DNA of 47,107 nt, from assembly GCA_001655205.1 (NCBI GenBank), contig LPNZ01006696.1, positions 1 to 47,107 on the forward strand, read 5' to 3'. Within the stretch, counting starts at the first letter, position 1, and each line of letters opens with the position of its first letter. The notes under the pieces were generated by a model that did not search any database, was not told the origin of the DNA, and was given only the letters and a program-made list of their open reading frames with translations. Shown here in pieces: positions 22,638 to 35,400 of this stretch. The DNA comes from Lenisia limosa (taxonomy: Eukaryota; Protista; Breviatea). The translations under genes were made by a program, and so were the position numbers.

Positions 22638-25600
22638 CTATCTTTGTTTATCATTCGACATCAAAAGTTGGTCATATGCACATTGTATGGATATGTACAC
22701 AATGAGGCACAGATACCCCCTCCCCCCCCACAGCTTCCATAATGAAATCGATTTCTTCAATGTAGTCAGTCTCTTTGTGTTGGGTGGTATCTGGGTCGTG
22801 TGCAACAAGATTGGTGCGTCAGGGAGTAGAACGAAGGGAAGTGAAAGGATGAAAGTGAAGTGAAAGGTTGCAGTTGATGAGCAATTTGATTGCAATTTTT
22901 TTTTTTTTTTTTTTTTTTTTNNNNNNNNNNNNNNNNNNNNNNNNNNNNNNNNNNNNNNNNNNNNNNNNNNNNNNNNNNNNNNNNNNNNNNNNNNNNATCC
23001 CCAGGATGCCATCCTTGGCATGCCCAACAAATGTTGTCCGAGACAATAAAAATAAAAACAACAAACATAAATAATGGAAGAAAAACAAACAAATAAAGAA
23101 AAACAGAAAGCAAAACAACCATGAAGATGTAGAAATAATAATAAAATGTACTATGAGTTGAGGACGGAGGACTGTGATTGGGCCTTGGACATATAACTCT
23201 GAGTCGCTCGGAGCTGTGCTCTCCAGAAAGACCTGGAAAATAAGTTGTTGAGGGCACTCCATCCAGTGACTCTTATTGATGACATGCTTACTGGTTTGAG
23301 TTGAGAGCCATCATGAGTTCGGGCTGGTTGATGAACTCTGCGAAGGACTTCACCATTGGCCCCACCACAAAGTCAAGGAATCCAACCTGTCCAATAAAAG
23401 AGAAACATATAAATTGAATGTTAGGGGAATATGCATACGCAATGAATGATAAAAAAAGTAGCGTGAAATAAGCTCGTTACGTGAGCTAAACCATTTGTGG
23501 GGAAACCCAACTAGTGTACAGTTCCAGTGCAACTGTAATGAGAAACCCCACCTGGCTCTTGGCAAGTTGGGCCGAGCGATCCATGAAGGGCGAAACAGGG
23601 AGCCCAAGAAGGTTCTCTCGGTCTCCTTGTGAGAAGAACTCTGAGTTGATCCGCAACTAAATCGGAATGAGAAGATCAAGAGGTATATTGAGTTGTGCGA
23701 CAGAAAACACTACCACCCACCGTCCAATTAACAGTCACTGCTGTTGGTCTAAGGCCATGGAATACATCTGCCACCTAGACATCATAAGACAATGTCGCGA
23801 AGGAAGGGGAATCTTAGTATCAACATGCGAACTAACCTTGATGAGCATCTGCTGGACAATCAGTCGATCTTCCTGCTCCGAAAGATCCACGTCTAAAGCG
23901 TCAGACATCGAAACATAAGCCACTTCTGGTGCCAGCATACTCTTGGTCACGACTTTGTTGTTGAATGAAGTGAGAATGTCAAATGTAAATGACATATCTG
24001 TTGCTAAAACAAGCTCAACAGAGAGACGTCGGAACTGGATCGTTAGAACACCCAAAACTTAGCATACCTCGTCCCAATGCTGCTGAGATTCAGGGCAGTA
24101 GAATTCAAGGTCTTCTTGCGTGAGCAGAGCAAACGCCGAGGCAATATGGTGGTTCTCAAGGATGGATCTGTCATTGTACAGAAGCGCAAGTGAATCTCGA
24201 GTTCTCACTAACGTGTCAGAATGGTTGAAAAAAGTGACATATTCTGTGTGGTCCCTTGACGACTCCTCAGAATAGTACAATAACTTAACTGCGAGCCACT
24301 CACCAAGGAAGGCATTGTTGGTTCCAGTGTGATCGAAATCGTGAACAAGGGCCGCAAAGAGAATGGCAAGAACCTGCACAGTGAGACTTACACTATGTGC
24401 TCAATTTCATACCTCATGTGGCTGCATCAAGATATAAAGTGCCGTATAGTTCTTGAGGATCATTGCCGCAGCAGCCTTGATTAGTAAGAACACGCAGTGA
24501 CCCTCAAAATCCTTACAAGGACGTCGGTAGCATGGGCAGCATTGTGGTACGGGTTCAAAGAGTAGCCCGCTTCAACCGTGTCAAGAAAGAGTCCAAGCTG
24601 CGGTGTAAAAGATGGTTATGTAGTTGATATTGTAGGATGTAGTTTTCCAAGACAAATACCTTAGCTTTGTTCAGGTTACAGAGCTGGATGAGATTAAACT
24701 CTTCGAAGATTCTCATTGCCACTGGAGCCAAGACGGGATTAGACGTGGACGTGGGGGGCACAACCGGGTTAAACGTGGCGTTCTAGAAAGGAGGGGGGGG
24801 GGAAGACGTTACTACTAGGATATGCATCATATACGTATATATACATGAAAATTCTACTCGTAGAATCAAAGAAAATCTTGAAAAAACAGATTGAAGAAAG
24901 AAGAAGGAGCAAAGGCTAGACGTGAAACAAACCATTGATGGTTCAGGACACTTCGGGGTGGTGGGCGCGGACGTAAAGTATGAATCTACTCCCAGAGTCT
25001 ATAAAGTAAATCCCAGGATCAAGGGCACCTACGGGTCTGTAAGAGCGCTGAGACGCAAGAGATGTGGATGAAATCTGTCTGTTGATGAAATTGACAGAAG
25101 GACTTGGAGGAATACTTCCGTCACGGGGGGACCGAACCTAAAAAAAATAGTTAATACCCTGGGGATAGGGGTGGGGACATACTTGGTCAAGAAGAGAGGA
25201 AATGGAGTCGGAGTTGCGAAGACCTTCGTCGGTAATGGCATCAAGGGATGCGACGTTCTCCCCAGGTCGTGAGGTTCGGCCATTCATGATCCCGTAGCCA
25301 TCCAGAGGGGGGAGGAGCATGATGTCCACACCGCCCCAGCCCGGGAACAAAAGCGCTGTGAATGCTATGTCTGACCATCGCCTAGATTGGTCAAATCAGC
25401 TATCACCAATATCAGAAGTACATTCAATCCATGCCAATAACCCAACCTCGCAAGTTCTATGACTTCAGGAGGAGAGAAAGTTGGTGATACGGCCTTCAAT
25501 GATGGGGATGACAAAGATGCCTGGAGTATTAGTGTGAAAGGCTGCTGTCATAAAGAACATTCCCATCGGAGGATTCAGTACCAAGAGAACCCCGCCATCA

Positions 25601-27948
25601 CTAATACTGATTGGACAATCTTTTTTGTTCTTGTTAGGACGGGTTGTGGTTTGCACGACCCCCCCACTGAAACACCTGGAAGAATACTCGAATGTCTGCT
25701 CCGGGTAGTAGGCGTTTTCAAAGAGGGTGTCATAAGGTTGGAAATTGGCCCGGACTTATTCGAAGTGCCAGGGGACTAGAAAGTTAAGCAACCTCTCTAC
25801 TTCGAATTAATGATACATGATTTTGATGAAGAATACGCATGATCGCCTAGACAGAGAATGATGGTACCTACTCTTTTCTGTGCGGCTGAAGTATGTTTGG
25901 GCCCGGAGGTGAAGCCATCAGCCAGGTACGCTTCAAGATCTTGGTCTAACTCCGTCTAATGGGATGAAAACACTTGATTTCAAATATGCAAATCGCTTTA
26001 TCAATCAAAAATAAGGACCTCATCCAAGCAGGTCTATGCCCCCCCCCCCACCTCGGCAGAAGTGATGACATTTCTCCAGGCGTTTTGTTGGGATGCCGCT
26101 GCTTGGTGCAGTGCGTGGATGGTTTTCACAACCAGTGGGGTTTGCTGATCGTCATATTTCACACCTTCAACCAACCTTCATGGACTTCAATAACTTGATT
26201 GCAACTCCCATTGGTGTCTCAAAGTCGCCTTGAAGGTCCATAGACTACCCAGTTAGAAGGCAAAAAAAGGAAAATCATAAAATAGGCAACAAAGACAGCC
26301 ACCAACAGGGCGCGCGGCCGCCGCAAGTGCTCGGTTCTCTCGCTCCATTTCTTCAGCATAGTATTTGAAAATGAAGAAAAGCAGACCTAGAAAGGTAACA
26401 GAAAGAACCACCATTTCAGATAGTAATGATGTCACTAATAGTCTTAGCCTCACAATTCTCCTCAAGGGGATCGCCACTTACAAGATGACCCGATGACGTT
26501 GAGGGCATAAAACACACAGCTTAGTTGTCCTTCCAGAGACGGTTCTAAGAACCATTCCTCATGGAAGTGTTCAGCGCAGAAGAAAGCTGTTAATTAGAAT
26601 GGATTTCAACATTATAATTACTCAATAATATAGCAATGAGAAATTAAAAACAAGGTTGTATCTGGCCGAANNNNNNNNNNNNNNNNNNNNNNNNNNNNNN
26701 NNNNNNNNNNNNNNNCAACTCTGTCCACACATCTTTCTGTGTGCCTCCCCGACACAAAATATTCCTTCTTTCCAAAAACCATACCTGCAGTTGCTACAAC
26801 GAAAAGAGAGATGTACAAGTAGCCTGTCGCTTTTTTGCAGAATGCAACGCAGCCCACAGGACTAACAATTGTCAGAGAGAGTAAAACGAAGACAATTTCG
26901 ATGATGAATACTGGCGTAAAGGTAGAGGGCAACGTGAATGTAGTTCACAAATAAAACAAGATATTACGATAAAAGATACGAGTGATTTGTTAAAACAAGT
27001 GAAGTGTTAAAAAGTGTGCTTGCGCTCTTGGCAGACCTAAAGATGGACCAGAGAAAAACGGCAGAAGAGCCTTTCGTGCCTCCGAGGGCCCAGTGCACTC
27101 CCCAGGGGCAAACAAACCTGCATTCAAATCAGAATAGGTGGGGCATTCAAATCAGAATGGGGTGGGGGCATTTCAACTTGAGCCCATGGTGTATGCAACA
27201 GGGTAAAGTTAATCCGATCCAAATCCACATAACAACTCACATATAGCAATCATCTCTAATACACCCACATGCAAATGAGCACTGCGTGCTTGAAGAAAGA
27301 GCATTCCTTCGTGATAGTGAACATTGCAAAAGAAATTGCCATTACAAGGCAGTAGATGAACGGAAAGAGGGCAGCCTCATGTGTGGCAACATTCAGTAGG
27401 AAGATTCCCCTGAGAAGTGTTACGTTTGTAAGGAGCCTTTCACTTCGGAAGAATCCCATAACATCACATTTAATATTTAATTTATTAAAAATATGAGAAG
27501 GGAGCGAACGGTGGTCAATGCGCGAGGATGATAAAGATTTTCATCAGAAGCATGACAGCTATTATTCTATTAACCCCTGAAATAGTAATATTAACAAGTT
27601 TAGTGCATGGAATTCGATAACCATCCCACAAACCAAAGGACAGCACAGAGAACAGTGACCAAAGATGTCCAAGTTAAAATCATTTTAACTCGCTTAACAG
27701 CCAAATCATCAGCCGATGATATACCTAATGAGTGTGATTCCAAAAATATTCTGGTTCTCCTTACCAGCGTAGGTTATAAGCTCAACAAGCGATTTTTTCT
27801 TCTTTCCACTTGCCCTTTGCTGATATAGCTGGACTAAATTTCTTGAAAGGACATCAGAGCGTATTTTTGGCTGGCTATTAATGGACGTGGCAGAGTAGTT
27901 TCGCGGTAGTGACCCGACTGGCGACTCCGCGTCAGGCACAACCACCAT
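22638..27948 (-). CDS. Class I 3',5'-cyclic nucleotide phosphodiesterase with an N-terminal multi-pass membrane domain; multi-exon
   Basis: Catalytic motifs YHNAAHATD, HDFDHTGTNN, LYNDRSILENHH, LVLATDM, IKVAD and EFFSQGDRE...PVSPFMDR...SQVGFL. About six hydrophobic segments lie between 26280 and 27720. Start MVVVPDAES at 27948. The exact stop is uncertain (gap at 22921-22996). Confidence 0.88.
27120..27176 (-). repeat. 2.3-copy ~24 bp tandem repeat duplicating the branch-point region of an intron
   Basis: GCATTCAAATCAGAATAGGTGGG / GCATTCAAATCAGAATGGGGTGGGG / GCATTTCAA. On the minus strand this lies immediately before the acceptor CAG at 27118-27120. Confidence 0.85.
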
Positions 27949-28068
27949 ACTCTTTATATTATATTTTAATCGTTTGCTACTTGCTTTCTATCTATTCTAT
28001 TTCCCCCAAAAAAAATGATGGGCCCTCCCCGAAAAATACACTCCGACCCTTGGCTCTGCTGGGCTCCG

Positions 28069-28079
28069 TATATAAAAGG
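28069..28079 (+). promoter_or_regulatory. TATA-box-like TATATAAAAGG
   Basis: About 90 nt upstream of ATG 28168, in a 219-nt divergent intergenic region. The same 11-mer occurs on the minus strand near 45597-45607. Confidence 0.5.
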
Positions 28080-28167
28080 TGGAGACAAGGAACCAAGCAG
28101 CACTAGAAAACTCCAATATGGCAATGGTTATGCTAACTTAGTTTATTTATTAAAATATATTTTAATT

Positions 28168-29460
28168 ATGGAGAGCGCTAAACACAGAATCAATAGTGTG
28201 AAGCGACAACGCTCCACACAACTAACTTTAACTGATTTACGGGTTGAAAAACTCCCTAGTGAGATTGAAGAGCTGTATGATGTTTTAAAAGTCATCAAAA
28301 TATGCCATTGTCGACTGGTAGGAGAGCTGGAGGTTTATTGTTTCTCCCTAAAGGCTTCTTGCGCGTTTGTTGCTTTAATGATTTTTTATCAGTGTTTATA
28401 TTTTAACAAGCCTTTTTAGACATCCCTTACACCATCGCTTGCCCACTTTTCGAAACTCGAATGTATGTGGGATCTATCAACAACTATTTCATTGGTTGTT
28501 ACTAATCCCTCCAGACATAGTTTTAAACTCAAACCAGCTGTCTATTTTACCAGATTGGATTGGGGCGCTGCCTGCTCTTCAGAGCGTCAGTGTTGGATGT
28601 AACAAACTCAGGTCAGTTACCCCGCCAAAACCGTTTTCTTGCCAGACAGCATCTCTGTAAAAGGCTATTTGACCACACAGATCCCTTCCTGACTCCTTAT
28701 CGGGAAGCAGTATTACGGAATTCCTTGCAGCAGAGAACCGAATCCAGGAATTTCCGATTTGTCTTGTTGCGTGCAATAAGCTGAGTCATCTTGTGAGCAC
28801 CCCCCCCCCCNNNNNNNNNNNNNNNNNNNNNNNNNNNNNNNNNNNNNNNNNNNNNNNNNNNNNNNNNNNNNNNNNNNNNNNNNNNNNCTGAGTTTAAACC
28901 CATTTACGTCATTGCCGAGCTTGATTGGACATTTGACATCCCTCACTAAGTTGATTCTTATGAGGAATGGCCTGACACACATTCCAGATGAAGTGGGTTG
29001 TGTACCAGTGGACATTAACTTCACAGATTGGCTACCTCGTTAACCTCACTAAACTTGAGCTTGCTGACAACAAACTAACTACTCTCCCGGTAACCTTGGC
29101 AAAATGTACAAAGCTGAAGTCGATTTCATTGGCTGTGAATCCGATTCGGACCTTTCCCGTTGCTCTTGCTGCGTGTCCTACTGTCATCCTTGATATGACG
29201 GGCTGTCATTTGACTGTAGGCTGACACGTGGCTTTCCTCACTTTTCTTTCCAGGAGCTGAGTCCCCTCATTGGACACATGTCGCAATTGGCTTCTTTAGA
29301 GCTCTCTCGGAACTCGAAGCTTTCTGTAAGCCTCGCCTATTATCCTTTGAACCTGTATATTAACCAGATTGCAGACGATACCCGCTGAAATTGCTCACCT
29401 GAAATCTTTGGTCACGATCAAGCTTGATGGCTGCCAACTTTCAGAGCTTCCTGAACAGGT
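28168..29460 (+). other. LRR module of the giant gene
   Basis: Repeated LxxLxLxxNxLxxLPxxI units: LNSNQLSILPDWIGALPALQSVSVGCNKL, LTSLTKLILMRNGL, LKSLVTIKLDGCQLSELP. Confidence 0.9.
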
Positions 29461-32400
29461 ACGTATCATATATTATATATATATATATAGATAATTATGT
29501 ATCTATTACATATTCCATGTTCACCCAATATTAACCTTTTGAGATGTCTCAAATGACGTGGATCACAACTATTGCGGTTTGTGGGATACTTTGGTCTTCT
29601 TTGGTTTTAGACCTCACCTCTATAGCTTGATAACAACGTACGTCTTCCTCAACAAATCCGATCCCCACTGACAACAGCCAAGACTTTCAGAGATTACCTC
29701 ATCAAAAAACACAACTGTCTGTTGAGAATTTTTATTTGAGGATATTAACCTCCACAGTATCAAAAACAGTCCCACAGCCTCCACCAGAGCTCCCACAGCT
29801 GGACGAAGTGCCCAAGCTACCCGGTGGGAGAGAAGGTTGAAAGTTTGATTTACATATTTAGACCTTGAAGATCTTCCTGAGTTGGAATCTGTCAATTCTA
29901 GTGTTCTCTCAGTTTCAGCTCTTTCGGATTCACAGTATGTCAAGGATTGCTAGTGTACATGGTTCTTTCCTAGTCTCACCCCCCCCCCCCCNNNNNNNNN
30001 NNNNNNNNNNNNNNNNNNNNNNNNNNNNNNNNNNNNNNNNNNNNNNNNNNNNNNNNNNNNNNNNNNNNNNNNNNNNNNNNNNNNNNNNNNNNNNNNNNNG
30101 GGTGTATTTCTGGAGATAATAGCATTTCATATACTCTCGTCAATAGCGAAAGATTCTTTCGTGTGACAGTTTCAGGCCAATCAAGCGGTGTTGACGGCCG
30201 GTCGCCGCTGCATCGGCAAAGTCGTAAGTTCGGGTACCTGCTTGAATTGTATATGATATACTACTATATATGTGGATGCCTCATACTTGGTAACTTTGTA
30301 GTGGGCGGAACGATGAAAGGCAAAAACTCAAGGGTAGGTTGTCATACTTCAGACTTTAATTGTATACAGGAAGAACAAATCATCCAACAGGGCAGGGAGA
30401 AGATTAAACACGAGCACAGTCTTCGTGAAAAAGTGGGCTGGTCCACTAAGTATCGCCTGATAGTCCCTCATGGTGAAACAACTCTCATTTTCCAGGCTGA
30501 AGAAGAGGCCCGAGTCTTGAGACAGAAATATGAAGGTATGAGGAAGCTTGCAAATGGATCATTTTGTTCTTGTTGTTTTCTGCCCTCTTTTGTTCTTGGG
30601 TTCCTTTTCACATTTTTAGACCTCAAAGTTTCAAGCAAGGAAAAACTAAGGTTGGGTGGGGGTATAACGGATTCTCAGCCTAATCTCGTGTATTTGATGG
30701 AAATTCACCCTTCATAGGACTGAACGAGAGTCCTTGACGGCAGCTTTGAAGGAAAGGCTCAATAAACACAGGGAAAAAACACAAACCGCACAACAGAACC
30801 TCAAAACAATCCTGGTGGGTGTTTCAGCATGAAAATATGAGAATGAAAAGAAATATTGAATAGCTAGGCCTTTTACTCACCTTCTCACAAGCCCAGCAAC
30901 CGTCCTTACTCGCCGCCTGTTCGGCAGGGTCAGTGGACACTGTCCGTCTCCTCATTGAGGGAGGCGCAGTCACAAGCTTCAATAACTCGGTATGCGTGTG
31001 CCTCTAATACACTGCAGGGCTCTGACTGCCCTCCAGGAAGCGCTTTTCGCTGCAGTTGCTAGTGACCACGCCGCCGTGGTAGATGTGCTCTTTTCCAAGG
31101 GTGCCGACATCAAGGCATCTAACTCGGTACCCGTGATTATACCTTGTTTTTCTCATGGCATAGAATGGTGTTCCCATCATCAAGAAGGCCTATGAAGTGG
31201 GTTCAGTTGAGATCATTAAGATCATGGAGCACTACAAAATCACTCTTCCTGAAGATGAGGTTTGTCTCCAAAGGCTATTTGTGATACAGTAGCATGCCTT
31301 GGGGCTTCACCTTGCTTCGCGCCATGGCCATGTGCCTCTTCTGGAGTACCTGTTGAGCAAGACCGACATCAACAGCCAGGACCAGAACGGGAATACCGCT
31401 CTACACACCGCAGCATCTTGTGGCAAGCCTGCGGCAGTCAAGCTGCTCATCTCGAAGGGGGCGGACTGTACTGTTGTCAACAACCAAGTAAGCTACCATG
31501 GCCCTCGTGACTTTGTAGAACAAAAAGGCCGAGGACGTCTCGTTGGACGCAGCTGTGAGCAGTGTCTTCAATCCCCCAGAGCCTGGTAGCAACTCTAAGG
31601 TCTGATGCTTGTGTATTGCTGTATCGCTTAGGGGCTTCACTCATTCTCCAGGAAATTGTGCCATTTGTCTGTACCCCACAGAAAATCGGTAGGCCTCAGC
31701 TACAGTCGTGGGGGGGGGGGGGGCTAAGNNNNNNNNNNNNNNNNNNNNNNNNNNNNNNNNNNNNNNNNNNNNNNNNNNNNNNNNNNNNNNNNNNNNNNNN
31801 NNNNNNNNNNNNNNNNNNNNNNNNNAAGACATTGCCACTCCTCTCTCCAAACAGGTTTGTCTGCTTTGAAATAGAATTACCACATAAACCCGACATAAGC
31901 ACCAGTTTTCGTTCGGCCGTTCTCACGTTTCCAGTTCCACCATGCGTTTACCCATGGTACTCAGTCAGTGACCCGTCACTCCGCACGGCGACTAAACTGT
32001 AAGCTCAACTCTTGCATTGACTCCTCTTTGCCTTCCTCACCCCCCAGTTCCGAGCAGTGTGGCTTCCTCGAGACTTTCCCTCTCCGTGTCCCATCATTCC
32101 ACTCGCGCCCTGTCCCCTGCACGGTATGCGGGTTTGACCCCAACTTTGGTGTGACCCTCCAGTAAGCCGCTTCCACGTCGGCTTGTCAACGCCGATATCC
32201 AAACCTCAGATAGCCTACGCTCATCATTAGCGTCTTCGCAAGGTTGGTATATTATTTTCAAATGAATTGTGTACGTGCGAATAGGCTCTCCTTTTGATTA
32301 TAGTTTCGAATGCCATTACCGTTTGCAGGACTGAGTCGAAGTGTTCTATCAGCCGAAAAGAAGCGACTGGAGCACGAGGTCTCTGAATTAACAATTTCAT

Positions 32401-35400
32401 ACGAGGCAGCCCTCCAGAACCAGTTCACATACCAAACCACTCGCGATGAGGCTCTACACCAAGTTGAAGCTTATCGTCTCAGTGTTGGAAAGTGTCTGTT
32501 GTGTCATGCTTTAGGTCGAACAGCTGGAGCAGAAGCTGCTGTTCATGCAGTCTGAGCAGGATCTCAGCAACCGCAATGTGGACACTCTTCGTGACGCTTA
32601 TGCTGGTGTGGAAGCTTCGAAGTCGTCGATGGTCTGTTCTCTGCAGGGTAATAGAATTGTACTACCTCTAACACTATTGGGTATCTCACGCTGCAGTCAG
32701 TGGAATGGATGGAAAACCGAGCCACATTGTCGACGGACCTCCTTTTGGCCAAATCCGAGCTGGAACAAGCCGAGAAGAGAGCCGAAGAGTCCGTGTCTGA
32801 GGCCGCCAAAGCGACAGAGAAAGCCAGTCAACTCGAGGCCCTGATTTCGCAACTTCATGAGGAAGTTATGCAAGTCAAGACTGAGAAAGACATGGCAGAG
32901 GTTTGCGGTGCCACAGGCTGAAAGTATTAATGAATATTATTATTATGTTTCTTGTCTGAGTCGAAGTGGTTCACCTTTTAGGCCGAGTTGCGTAAGGCTC
33001 TTGAGCTTGGGACGGAAATGGAGAAGGACAATGCGCATTACAAGAGCATGGCTCGCCGCATCAAAGTCGGCGTGGATTCGGATGAATTGAGTTCTCGTTT
33101 AATAGCCGCCAATCTATCTACATACATAGTTCACCCCTAGTCAATACAAACTGATCTCACTCGTTCAGTCCGAAGCGCAAGCAGAGGAGGCTGTTTATTG
33201 GCAGAAGGTTCATGACGCTGAGCAGCTCATCGCTCAGCTCAGTGAACAGAACTCTGACCTGAAGAGCGAGATTGTCCGCGAGGAAGCTGCGAGAGAAGCG
33301 ATCAACAGGGCTCTCAACAACGTGATTGATGGTTGGTGTTGGGATTGTGAGTCCTGGATCACACCTAACTAACTTGGGTGTAGAGCACAAAAAGGCCCAA
33401 GAAGTGCTGTCTGGCCAAATTGAAGAGGCCCAGATTCAAACACAGGAGTCCCGAGAGGAGGCCGAGGTTGGGACGAGCCAATATAGGGACCGTTTATCGT
33501 TATCATGCTCACTCTGTAGAAAGCCCAGGCGAGTCTCGTCTCTATGCGCAATGACTACGATGAAAAACTGGCAGAGTATGTCTGGTGTTATACTGTCCTC
33601 TCACTTCCCTTATCACCACGGCTTCTCACAACTTCAGTTACGAAAAGATGTCTCTCACCCAGTACGCTGAACAGTGTGAAAGCACACAGGAAATCGCTAA
33701 AGAAGCGGCCTCCCTTGGCCAGGAGTTGGAGAATGCGCAGAGAGAGCTTGACCTTCGTAACAAGGCAGCCCAGGTGGGAAGGCTGGGTAAAGAGGGGAAA
33801 TCGTGAATAATCATATTAGTATCATATAATATTACTGCGTAGGAAGCCCTTCAGAAGTCTGAAGCTTTGGAGGCTAGCCTCGCTCGAGCCGTTCTGGACA
33901 AGGTAGGCCCATCTCGTCGGGGCTCATGCTTTAGGAGCTGGGACTTGGTCACATTACTGCCCTCGAGGAACAGCTCTCAAACGAACGCTCACGTTGGGAG
34001 GCGAGGTGGGCAGTCTGCTTTTGTGCTTATCCCGTAGCGCCAAGACCCAGGCCGAAGAACTCGACTTCGCCCTCGAGCTGTCCAAATGTACTGGGGTAAA
34101 TTGCTCTCGCTTTCGCTTCTCCTCCCACTCACTCGATAGTATCGGCGCTGAAATCCTCGGAGCTGGAGGCTAGCTTAGCCGAAGCACGTCTTTTCAATGA
34201 AGAAGCCTCAGAACAAGCTCAAATGTCGAACATGAAAGCAGAATCCCTGCTGGCAGAGGTTGGTGCTGGTTATGGAGTGGACCTTCTTACCGCCAGGTTG
34301 ATGCACTGAAGTCCCAAATGGAGAGGGCAGTTTCACTGACCGCAACTTTGGAAAACGAACAGTCTGAGGACAAAACAGCTCTCAGCTCCATCCTCCAAGA
34401 AACTGCGGGTTTGTTCTCCTTCTAGAGTTTACCCCGTAGAACTTCAGGTGAAACTGGCTGCGTCAGAGAAGAATCTCGAATCGGCTCAGGACAAGGCTGA
34501 AGCCCTCAACCAGGTACTGCCTGGCGTCTTTGTCTTATAACTTTCAGATTGTTGCTGACAGTGAAGAGTCCACAGCTAGGATCCAGACCGAGCTTGAAAC
34601 TGAGGTTGGTTCTTGATTCTCTATCACTCGATGTTGCTATTGTAGTATACTATCTTGTTCCTGTAACTCCCCTCGTTGACTGTACTTTTTTATTTTATTT
34701 TTCAACCATCAGATTAGTTTGTCCAGTAGTTCTGTTATTTTGAGTTTCTTTGTTCATACATTCCTTCTTGGAACTCCCCACCCGTGTTCCTATTAAATCT
34801 TCTGATTTACCCCCCCCCCTCCAGAAGCACCGCCTTGAAGGACTCATTGAAGAGACGACTTCGCGGCTCGAGATCAGTAGATCGGACCTCTCCAAGGCCC
34901 AAAGTGCTTTGCAGCAGGAGAAGAAAGAGAGAGTGCTGGCGGAAGAGAATCTCCAGGTATGCTGGGTCAAGAGAATCCTGTGAATAACATACGGTCATAA
35001 TTTAATTCTTGGCAGTCAGCTTTGTCGTCAGCTCTTGAGGATCTTTCTGCCACAAGGGCGGAAGCGGATCATCTCCGAACCAAACTTGCTTCCGACACCA
35101 ACACCCACGCGGTTCTTGTCCACAACCTCCAGTTCCAATTGGACTCCACCACGACCGATATGGAGAGCTCCGTCCAAAGGGCTGAGGAGCTATCTTCAGC
35201 CCTGACCGAGGCCAACGTCACCAATGCGGACGTGGAGGCCAAGCTACGCCAGGCGCATATTACGCAGCAAAACGACGCACAACACCATGAGACCCTTCTT
35301 GCTGATCTTGAGCAGCAGCACACAGACGCGCTCAACGCCCTGGTTGCGGCGCATGAAAATGACCTGAAGGCTGTCGTAACACAGGCCCAAGAAGAGTCCG

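Noticed and set aside
223-27948. Cyclase and PDE as a functional cNMP gene cluster
   Set aside because: They are ~17 kb apart with five unrelated genes between them. Both families are often expanded in protists, so proximity is plausibly chance.
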